Of a stretch of 20,000 bases of DNA, positions 1 to 8,806 are shown one piece after another. Origin of the DNA: Raillietiella orientalis (taxonomy: Eukaryota). The notes under the pieces were generated by a model. The model was not told the origin of the DNA, made no database searches, and saw only the letters and a program-made list of their open reading frames with translations. Numbering within the stretch: position 1 is the first letter of the stretch; every line of letters begins with the position of its first letter. The DNA is taken from positions 55,045-75,044 of the forward strand of contig JAYWIR010000136.1 in NCBI GenBank assembly GCA_036172245.1, read 5' to 3'. The position numbers and the translations under genes are program-made.

Positions 1-2
1 CC

Positions 3-374
3 AATGCCCAGAAAAAGTCCTTGAGGCGTCCGGCTGAGGCGAATGGACCGGTGACTTCCGAGTCCGAAGCCGAAGCCGGCAACGATCCGGCTGTCGCTCT
101 CCCGAAGCGCAAATCGGGCCGAAAGGTAGGCAACCCGCGGCGCTCCCCACCTCCACCGGCGGAGGAAAAAATGCGGTCGGACCACGACGACGGGGAGGCG
201 ATGTCCGCAAGGTCTCGCGACTCCTCGCCGGAGACGTCCCTGGCAAAGCAGGGTCATCCAACCACCACCACAACCACCGACGGACCGCCTCCTTGCGAGC
301 AACAGCCCGTCGCAATGGATACACAACTCCCGCCTGCTGAACAGCAGGCGGAGGACGGTAAGCAAGCACAATAA
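3..374 (+). pseudogene. ORF1 (gag-like) low-complexity C-terminus, copy A; runs off the window edge
   Basis: Open frame ending TAA 372-374 just upstream of the EN domain; similar to the D1 ORF1 C-terminus. Confidence 0.75.
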
Positions 375-382
375 ACACACCA

Positions 383-1264
383 ACGCGTGGACTCTCCTCC
401 TGCCGGCGACAGCGCGTAATCTGTTGGAACGTCAACGGGTTGCGCGACGACGGCAAGAGGAGAGAAGTGGCCGCCAGCCTGCGGGACTTCGACCTGGCGC
501 TTTCGCAGGAGGCGCACGTTCTCCACGCAGGGGAGGCCCAGGAAATCGAACGGATTGCAGGCGGGCGGCTCGTATACCAAAACGGGAGAGACCACACCCG
601 CGGTGTGGCTTTCATGCTGAAGCCAGCCGTCGTTGATGCGCTGCGCGACGTGCACTTCGACGGGGAAGGTCAAATCGGGCAGATTGTTGCCAAGTGGTCC
701 GACGCGATCGACCTCGTCGTGACAAACGTGTACGCGCCCGGCGCGAGCCACAGGCGCGGGGAACGCACTGCGTTCTTCGAAGGCCTGCGGCGAGATTGGC
801 TGGCCGAAGCAGACATGCGAAAGGCGCACCTCATTGCCGGGGACTTTAACGTCCGCCTGCTGGCAGGTGCGCCCGACATTCGCGCACAGCTGGTCAACGA
901 GATGTGCGCTGCCATGCACGCGCGCAACTTGTTGGCCGGTGACGCCGGGACGAAGACGAGGATCGACCACATGTTCCTCGACAACCACCTGTGTTCGCGG
1001 GTGGGAAATCGAGGGGCAGTGCCATCCGAACTCTCCGACCATCCCCGGCTCGTGCAAGAAATACACCCGCGCGGTAGAGGTCCACCCTCCACAGCGTGGC
1101 GTTTGCCAGGGGACTGGTTGCGCCTCGCAGGAGCAGCGCAACATCTTCGCTCGTTCCTGCAAGGCTTCCATCTGCAGTCGCTCGCGGACTGGGACGACTT
1201 GAAGAGCTCAGTCCGCGAGTTCTACGACCAGTTTCTCCTTAACGGTCTTTCTCCAGGTTTCGGC
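383..1264 (+). pseudogene. ORF2 N-terminal APE-like endonuclease domain, truncated
   Basis: Motifs CWNVNGL, SQEAH, NVYAP, AGDFN, RIDH and LSDHP in the canonical APE/L1-EN order. Confidence 0.93.
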
Positions 1265-1474
1265 GTCATCACTCGGGTACGCCCGGGGCGTTTACTAATA
1301 AACTTTACATGCGTGGTACAAGGCCCCACCACGGCCGTAAACACAGGACCTGTCGGGACATCGGGACGCAGCTTGGCGTGGCACTTCCCGACAGCGAAAG
1401 GGGATGAGGGGAAAAACAAAAAGAAAAATAAAGAAATAAAAAAAACAAAAAAAGTTTGGAGGGCAGGGTAGGGA

Positions 1475-3951
1475 TCACTGGTCGCTGTGAGGAGGGCCCA
1501 TCCTTCGAAGAAAGCCCTCGAGGTGTCTCCGCATATCTCCCAGTTGGGGCCATCCGGCAGCTCTTCGCAAGAAGCGCTGGGCATACGGGATGACATCCCT
1601 CGCCTGTGGACCCACTCCTTCGTTATTGGCGTCGCTCCATGCCGCCACGATGCCACGGACGCAGCACAAGGCTGCGATGGCTGCGGCTGGCTGCAGGGCG
1701 TCCTTCACGAAGAGGGGCCGAAGAACGTCTCTGGGAATGCTGCCCGTAGGGAGCCCTCGGTTCGCCCCGAACCGTTCCCAGAGGGGTCGGATGGCAGCAC
1801 AGTCCACAATAAGGTGAGGAAGCGACTCCCGCTCCCCACACCTGGCACACGCAGGATCCACAGCTCCCCTCGTCCAGTGGAAGCGGCGCGCGTTGCAGGG
1901 TAAACCCCAGTGCAACAAAAGCAACGCCGACTCTTGCCACTTGAGGGGCAGGATCCTGGATTCCTTCATCACCGGGGGCCACTTCAGCTCATCCCTGGGG
2001 ATGGCGAGCAGCTCGCCCCATCTTCTTAGTCCTCGCGGCTGGACGCTCGCCATCGTGGCGTCGGCCAGTTCTCCTGTTGTCCGGCCGCTGATCAACTTCT
2101 GGCGTCCCTCGATGCAGTAGGAGACTTGCCACCTTGGCGTCCGGGTGCTGTGAAGTGCCCTCCTTAGGAAGGGCAGCGCCGTAGCTAGGCAGGTCGTCTC
2201 TGCCCACGTGCATCTTCCTGGACTCTCCAGGAGATTCCGCAGCGTGCAGCGGGAGTAGGGGCTGCATCGAAGACGATTCCGCGTCTCGTGGCTTCTCTGG
2301 TTAACCACTGCCCACGTTCAATATTCTCCTCCAGCCAGACGGGGGAGTTGGCGGGGCAGCAAATCATCCAGATGTTCTCCTTGGCCAATGTTGCGATGCG
2401 CCCGAGCAGTAGGCCGCATCTTTGCATATTCCGGCCACGGCTCACAAGATAAGACGCGAGTCCATTGCACCGGGACACACGGCAGGCCAGGAGGCGGGCC
2501 GGAGTGCACCAATGGGTGCTCCACATCTTCGCTGCGATGGCGAGGCTTCGCCACCGCAGCTGCTTCTCCACGCGCTCCAGCGTCAGGAGGCCGAGACCGC
2601 CGTACCGACGAGGAGCGCTTAAGTCATCTAGAGGCAGACGTGGCCTCCCTCTGCCCCAGAGGGCGATGCGAAGTAGGTCCTTGGTCCTCTTTTTAACGTC
2701 ACGGGGGACGGGGCACACTAAAAGCAGGGGGCGGAGGATGGGAGCCGCGAAGGCGTTCCACACCGCGACCCGTTCCGGCAGAAGGAACTTGCCTTCCAGG
2801 AACGGGCCGATTGCCAACTCTACCTTCTGGAGACGACCTGACCAGGCTTCTGCGAGGCAGAAGTCCCCTATCGGGACACCCAGGTACTTCAGGTACCTGG
2901 CCGTGAAGATCCCCAAGCGGATCAAGTCAGGCCGTCCGACCCACGTCGCACCCACCGGTACGACCGACGACTTCGCCTTGTTTACCCGCAATCCAGTCCC
3001 ACGACTTAGCAGGTCGAAGAAATCCTCTACTGCGGCTGCCGGGGCGGACATGGGCAACATGAGCAGAAGGTCGTCGGCGTATGCTGCTATGGCGAGCGTG
3101 CCGGGGCACGAGCTGGGCAGGGCAGCCAAAGTCACCCTGTACGCTTTCAGCACCAACTCAAAGTAGGTGCTGAAGAGCAGGGGACTGAGGCTATCGCCCT
3201 GCCGTATGCCCCGTCGCTCCGGCACGCCGTACACCTGTTGGCTGGAAAAGACGATGTTGACAAAGGCATTGCGCCAGCATGAGCTCAGGTAGGAGAGAAG
3301 GAAGGGTGGGAAGCCCATGCGACCCAGGAGCTGCAACACTAGCTCCTGGTCTACGCAGTCGAACGCCTTGTGGAGATCAACGGCGATCGCTAGGGCTCCC
3401 TTCCCAGCCCGGGTATCCATTCCCAGCCCAGCTGGCGGTCCCAAAGTGGGGTTGCCAATGTTTCCCCCTGTTTCCTTCAGGCAAGGCTGCACATGGAACC
3501 ATGTGCTCGCGAAGAACAGGTTGGCATCCATACTTCGCCCGGGAACAGCGTATGTCTGCTCCGGGCTAATTATGGAGTCTGCCACCTGTCCTCTACGCGA
3601 AGCTCACAGTCCAGCGATCAGCTTGGCGTCCGTATTCACATTTGTGATCGGACGCCAGTTGCCTAGGGATCTCAGGTCCCCTCCCTCCGGGAGGAGCCTC
3701 ACACGGGCTGACCGAAACGAGGCGGGAACGTCGCCTTCGTCTCGGATCAGCCCGGTCAACTGGAGCACCAGGGAAGCCAGCTCTGTCGCGAAGCATTAAA
3801 AAAATTCCGAAGGAAGGCCGTCCTCCCCTGGCGCCTTACGCCTCTTAAGCCTTTTAATACCGGCGAGAATTTCACCGGTAGAAAAAGGCTCGTCGGGGCT
3901 GATCCTCTCCTCCTCCCCTATTGCCTGGCCTCCGTCCGGAAGCAGGAGCCG
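1475..3951 (-). pseudogene. ORF2 reverse transcriptase plus C-terminal CCHC knuckle, copy B (in-frame stops and a frameshift; no endonuclease)
   Basis: Motifs APGEDGLP, NWRPIT, DLHKAFD, GIRQGDSLSP, YADD, KYLG and CARC-x7-H-x4-C. Stops near 3797 and 3605; frame change near 2190-2300. Confidence 0.93.
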
Positions 3952-4039
3952 CTTTCGGGGCAGGTGCCCCTATCTCCATGGGTACGGGGGACGTTCGCCC
4001 GGCCCCCACCCCACATTCACTAGTGGCGGGATCTGGCAT
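3938..4039 (-). pseudogene. ORF1 N-terminal stub, copy B
   Basis: MPDPATSECGVGAGRTSPVPMEIGAPA aligns with D1 MPHTKTGEHPGAMTSLPPEEMEVGAPA; shared start context ggcag(a/c)aATGcc. Confidence 0.7.
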
Positions 4040-4123
4040 TTCTGCCATCCCCCGACCACTGATGCACCGCACTACACCAATAAAGTCGAACGAGTCAGAA
4101 GCGCGCAGAGAACACGTCTGAAC

Positions 4124-4783
4124 GTCGGCACTGCTGGTGTTGCATTGGGGGCTTCCTTGCAACCCCCGCCGACACCACTGGACGAAAAGGGGTGTCAACC
4201 CTAATTGTGTCAGCTGCGGGAGAGAGAATACCTCCTCAACCAGTTAGTGGATTGTGTTGCCCTCCGTCGCTTGTGGGAACGCTTTGCCGCAGCCCTGGGG
4301 ATCCCCGGAGGCAACCCCTGAGACGCTTTGCGCCCCTTCTTCGTCCGTGACGCCCTGCCTCCAGCGGCCTCGCTTGCAGCCTTGTGCTGCCTACGCGGGA
4401 TCGTCGTGGCATGGAGCAAAGCGACGGGAGGATCCAGCGACGGGGATGCCAGCGTGTATGCCGCCCGTTTCCTCAGGATGGCGACGCGATGGCCCCATCT
4501 GGAACCACACAAGCAGAAACAGCTTGCCGGCATCCTCCAGAGGATGACGGACCGTACCAGCAGACTGTGATCCCTTCCCGATCATTCCCTGATTTTTGTT
4601 TATTTTTTGTTTTCTTTTTGTTTCGTTCCCCCTCCCCTCTGCTGCCGAGGTCGACCGCGCCGGTCTGCGCACCGGTAGCCCGGCAGGCTATATCTTTCCA
4701 GGGCGTGGCAGGACTACTGGTCCAGTCACAGATTGTATAGGTTTATTCCTGAGAGTAAACGTCCCGGCGCACCAGGGTTTCAA
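4124..4783 (+). mobile_element. LINE copy C: 3' fragment (ORF2 C-terminus plus 3' UTR) of a diverged subfamily
   Basis: SALLVLHWGLPCN...CVSC...RPFFVRDALPPAA is homologous to the B/D2 C-terminus; U-rich UTR; AGTAAA 4754-4759; terminal hairpin. Confidence 0.88.
4125..4570 (+). pseudogene. ORF2 C-terminal (zinc-knuckle) region, copy C, degenerate
   Basis: Homology to B and D2; internal stop near 4319; ends TGA 4568-4570 followed by TCCC, as in B and D2. Confidence 0.85.
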
Positions 4784-4882
4784 TGGAGAATCCGGAGCGT
4801 CGAGCGGACGTGTCTTTTCGTTGCTCCTGAGTTTCATTTCCGTTGGTGCTTGTGCGTGGTGTGGGTGGAGGATTAGGCAGCA

Positions 4883-6155
4883 ATGCCTCATACCAAAACC
4901 GGTGAGCATCCGGGGGCGATGACCTCATTGCCCCCGGAGGAGATGGAGGTGGGGGCTCCCGCATCAGTGGAGGCTTCCGCCAGCATGGATGCGCCCCGGC
5001 CCTACCCAGGGCTTGGAACGCCGTGGCTGCGGCACCTACGCCAGCAACTATGGCGGAAATGCGCGCTTACCTGGAGGAGGGGTATAACCCACCCCTTCTA
5101 TATAAGGTAGGCGGTTTATATTCTTCCGAGAACGCGCGCGCCTTTTCGCAGGCGATGCGCGTTCTCGGTGTACAAAAAGAGGAGCTTCTGGCTATGTCCG
5201 TCAGAAGCGGGGATCAATTTGTGGAAGTTATCTGCAAGAAGGTAACTCTTGCGCAGAGACTTCTGCGAACCCCCGTCATTAAGGGCAGCCGGAGGCTTCT
5301 CCGCATTACTACAGACCGGTCGTTGATCATTCACCTGACCGGTATCACGTTACGAATGACGAAGGTGGCCGTCCGGAACGGATTAAAAAAATTTGCAACT
5401 GTCCACGCGCTGTGGGGAAAGTCTACTCCTTTTGTCGATTACGACGGGGTGCTTGGCGGCCTGGGTACAGCGCGAGTGACGGTTCGCGAGGGACGTGAGT
5501 TTCCCCACAAACTCACCGTCAACGGTGAATCGGTTGACGTATGGTACGTAGGAAAACCCAAGTTTTGCGCCTGCTGCAGCAGCTTTGGCCACCTTAAAAT
5601 GAGGTGTCCGAGCGTGCAGTGCCAGCAATGCAAAAAAGCGGGGCACACCCGTATGGTGTGCACCCAAAACACAGTCCGCGTCGTGTCCGCGAAAAACGCG
5701 AGAAAGCGCGCGGCTAAAAAGAGAAAGAAGCTGGCAGCTCGTGCTGCTGCTAAGGAGGTCACCTCCGCCACCAAGGCGAAGGCCAGCCCCGAGACCCCGG
5801 CGAAAACCGCCGAAAAGGTCGAGGGCGAGGGTCAAGAGCCAGGGTGGCAAAAGGTCGACCCCAAGAAAAAATTCCATAAGAAGGGAAAGAACGTGGCGAA
5901 ACGGAGCGAAACCGCTCTGCAACGCGAAAAAATTAAAAGCTGCTGCGTCGTTGTAGAGCGGATTTCCGCCATCGACGAATGCGGCGCTAAAGAACTCGCC
6001 GCTGCCCCTGCTCAACCCTCCGTTGACAAAGTCCACAAGGAGGGGAGCGAGACGGCGGCTTCCGTCATCGAGCCCACGCTCGATGACGTCGCCTTCGAGA
6101 GCGCCGCGGAGAAGCTGGCTCTCTCGTTGCAGCCGGTTGCCCCCAAGTCTGGCAA
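4883..6155 (+). pseudogene. ORF1 gag-like nucleic-acid-binding protein (probable RRM region, two CCHC knuckles, basic tract), copy D1
   Basis: ATG 4883; frameshift near 5010-5023; knuckles CACCSSFGHLKMRC and CQQCKKAGHTRMVC (CX2CX4HX4C); basic tract KNARKRAAKKRKK. The RRM call is inferred from the L1/Tx1 ORF1 layout. Confidence 0.88.
6144..6155 (+). repeat. Target-site duplication, left copy (CAAGTCTGGCAA)
   Basis: 11/12 match to CAAGGCTGGCAA at 8410-8421; the pair brackets D2. Confidence 0.75.
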
Positions 6156-8194
6156 TCCGGGTCGTCCAGCTTGCTGGACGACCAGGGCCGGGAATGTTCG
6201 TCCCCGGCGTCGGTACGGCATCTCGTGCGGAGTTATTATTTCTCCCTTTACGCCAGGGCGCCCCCGGATCAAGATGCCTCTCGGCTCTTGCTTCCGGATG
6301 GTGCCCCGGCAATAGGGGGGGAGGAGTGGTTAAGCCTCGATGAACCTTTTACCACCGGCGAAATTCTCGCCGGTATCAAAAGGCTCAAGAGGCGGAAAGC
6401 TACAAGGGAAGACGGCCTTCCCGCGGAGTTCTAACAGAGCTTCGCGGAAGAACTGGCACCCCTACTGCTTCAGCTGACAAGGCTGATCCGACACGAAGGC
6501 GATGTTCCCGCCTCGTTTCGGTCAGCGAGAGTGAGGCTCCTTCTGAAAGGGGGAGACCTTAGGAATTTGAACAACTGGCGTCCGATCACGATTGTGAATA
6601 CGGTCGCCAAGTTGGTTGCCGGGCTATTGGCTTCGCGTCTGGGGCAGGTGGCAGAATATATAATTAGCCTGGAGCAGACATATGCTGTTCCCGGGCGAAG
6701 TATGGATGCCAACCTCTTCTTCGCGAGCACATGGATGCACGCCCAGAGGTGTCAAAAGGAAGGGAAAGGAAAAATCGGTAACCCCACTTTAGGGCCGCAA
6801 GCAGGGCAGGGAATGGACTCCCGGGCGGGGAAGGGGGCCTTAGCGCTCGCAGTCGATCTCCATAAGGCGTTCGACTGTTTTGACCAGGGGCTTTTGCTGG
6901 AGCTCCTGGTTCGCATGGGCTTCCCACCCTCCTTGATTACCTACCTGCGCTCTTGCTGGCGGAATGCGATTATCACCATCTTTTTCAGTAGTCAGAAGGT
7001 GTATGGCATGCCGTTGCGGCGAGGCATCAGGCAGGGAGATAGCCTTAGTCCCCTGCTCTACAGAACCTACTTTGAGTTGGTGCTGAGAGCCTACAGAGTG
7101 ACTTTGGCCTCCTTGCCGAGATCGTGTCCCGGCACGCCCGCCGTAGAAGCCTTTGCCAACGACCTTCTGCTCCTGTCACCTATGTCCACCCCGGCTTCGG
7201 TGGTCGAGAAGTTCTTCGATCTGCTCAGCCGTGGGACCGGACTGCAGGTCAACAGGGCGAAGTCGTCGGTGGTGCCAGTAGGTGCGGCGTGGGCAGGGCA
7301 GCAGGACTGGGTCCGTCTGGGGATCCCCACGGCGAGGTGCCTCAGGTACCTTGGTGTGCCGTTGGGTGACTACTCCCCTGCGGAAGCGTGGTCCAGCTGT
7401 CTTCAAAAAGTCGAGACGGCGATCGGCCCGTTCCTGGAAGGCAAGTTTCACTTGCCGGAACGGGCCGCGGTTTGGGACGCCTTCGCGGCCCCCATCCTCC
7501 GCCCCTTGCTTTTTGTTTGCCCCGCCCCCAGAGAATGCAAAAAGAGGAAGAAGGACCTCCAGAAGATGGGAAGATGTTAAGCGGCTGGACCACAGGAGAA
7601 CTGGCGGACGCCACGACCCCGAGCGTCCAGCCGCGTGGACTAATGAGATGGGGCGAGCTGCTCGCCATCCCTACGGATGTGCTGAAGTGGCCCCCGGTAC
7701 TAAAGGAATCCAGGATCCTGCCCCTTAAGTGGCAAGAGTCGGCGTTGCTACTTCTGCACTGGGGTTTACCCTGCAACGCACGCCGCTTTCACTGGACAAG
7801 GGGAACTGTGGATCCCGAGTGTGTCAGGTGCGGAGAGCGGGATTCGCTCTCCCACCTTATTGTGGACTGTGCTGCCATTGGACCCCTCTGGGAACGGTTC
7901 GGGGCGACCCTGGGGCTCCCTACGGGCAGCACCCCCAGAGACGTTCTTCGGCCCCTCTTCGTGAAGGACGCACTGCAGCCAGCCGCAGCCATCGCAGCCT
8001 TGTGCTGTGTCCGTGGCATCGTGGCGGCATGGAGCGACGCCAACAAAGAAGGAGTGGGTCCATACGCGAAGGATGTCATCCCATACGCCCAACGCTTCAT
8101 GCGGAGAGCTGCCGGATGGCCTCAACTGGGAAATATACGGTCGGACCTCGAGGGCTTCCTTGAACGAATGGGCCCTCCTCACAGCGGTCAGTGA
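6156..8194 (+). pseudogene. ORF2 RT plus C-terminal CCHC knuckle, copy D2 (inactive)
   Basis: Motifs EDGLPAEF*, NWRPIT, DLHKAFD, GIRQGDSLSP, RYLG and CVRC-x7-H-x4-C. The catalytic YADD has decayed to FAND. Stop at 6432-6434; internal deletion near 7555. Confidence 0.92.
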
Positions 8195-8272
8195 TCCCTT
8201 CCCTGCCCTCCAACTTCTTTTTGTATGTTTATTTTTTTATTTTTCTTTTTGTTTTATCCCCATCCCCCTTCG

Positions 8273-8401
8273 CTGCTGAGGAACGCTACGCTGGGCTGCG
8301 TCCCGGCGTCCCGGCAGGTCCAGTGCATATGGCCGTGAGCGGGGCCTTGTACCGCGGATGTAGAGTTTTTTAAAAATAAACGCCTTGGGCGTACCCGGGT
8401 G
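8273..8401 (+). other. Structured 3'-UTR element (hexaloop hairpin, second hairpin, AATAAA 8375-8380, terminal hairpin 8381-8401)
   Basis: ACGCTGGG-CTGCGT-CCCGGCGT at 8288-8309 inside an outer stem CTGCTG/CGGCAG; equivalents in B, C and E. Confidence 0.7.
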
Positions 8402-8409
8402 TAAACTCA

Positions 8410-8421
8410 CAAGGCTGGCAA
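8410..8421 (+). repeat. Target-site duplication, right copy (CAAGGCTGGCAA)
   Basis: Partner of 6144-6155. Confidence 0.75.
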
Positions 8422-8806
8422 GAAGGCCGTCAGGCGTCCGGCTTCCCCTCTGGAGTCGGCCACTTCCGACCTCGAGGTGAAGGCCGGAAACACAGCATCC
8501 ATCTCTGCGGCACCCCGTAAAAAGGCAGGACGAAAGTCCACAATGCCCCAGAAGATCGTCTCCCCCGACGAAGGGGAAGAGATAGCTTCCGCAAGCGAGG
8601 GTGCCATGAGCGTGGGAAACTCCCGGGACCCGTCGCCCGAGAGAATTCCACGCTCGGACACGGAAGGGATGGTGAGGATGGAGGCCGAACAGGTACCCCA
8701 GGCGCCTGAAGAGGCCTCCGTCCTCGTTCCGATGGTCGTCGTACCGATGGTCCTTTCCTACACCTGCCCCGCGGCAGGTGCCGCGACGCCACTTTCCCAG
8801 CCATAA
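8411..8806 (+). pseudogene. ORF1 C-terminus, copy D1
   Basis: KAGKKAVRRP...LSQP*; homologous to the A tail, and ends LSQP like the E ORF1. Confidence 0.8.

Larger units (their letters stand above)
1..1265 (+). mobile_element. LINE copy A (L1/Tx1-like): end of ORF1 plus endonuclease domain, cut off by the 3' end of copy B
   Basis: The ORF1 tail resembles 8411-8806 (NAQKKSLRRP vs KAGKKAVRRP; SRDSSPE vs SRDPSPE). APE motifs follow. Similarity to copy E (WDDLKSSVREFYDQFLLNGLSPGFG vs WDDLKRSVREFCCRFPLHQLPRGFG) ends at about 1264. Confidence 0.9.
1270..4123 (-). mobile_element. LINE copy B: 5' UTR and ORF1 stub fused to RT/C-terminal ORF2 and a complete 3' UTR (internally deleted)
   Basis: The 3' UTR matches 8195-8401. 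RT and zinc knuckle are present. The 5' part (3938-4123) aligns with the 5' UTR and ORF1 start of D1. Confidence 0.9.
4802..6155 (+). mobile_element. LINE copy D1, left part (5' UTR plus most of ORF1)
   Basis: 5' UTR similar to that of B; ORF1 with two CCHC knuckles; continues at 8410 after the nested insert D2. Confidence 0.88.
6156..8405 (+). mobile_element. LINE copy D2: 5'-truncated insertion nested in the ORF1 of D1
   Basis: Starts in the EN-RT linker, ends AATAAA, hairpin, TAAA; flanked by a near-perfect 12-bp direct repeat; close relative of B. Confidence 0.9.

Noticed and set aside
1265..1471. Lys-rich C-terminal tail of ORF 440-1471
   Set aside because: Read-through into the antisense of the U-rich 3' UTR of B; not part of the EN protein.
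5383..6312. Long antisense or alternate-frame ORFs (e.g. 254-1171, 5383-6312, 12377-13312, 18818-19690)
   Set aside because: Shadow ORFs of GC-rich coding sequence with no recognisable motifs; several cross element junctions.
4802..8405. A novel endonuclease-less ORF1+RT element
   Set aside because: Explained by a 5'-truncated copy nested in ORF1: a TSD is present and the host frame resumes at 8411.
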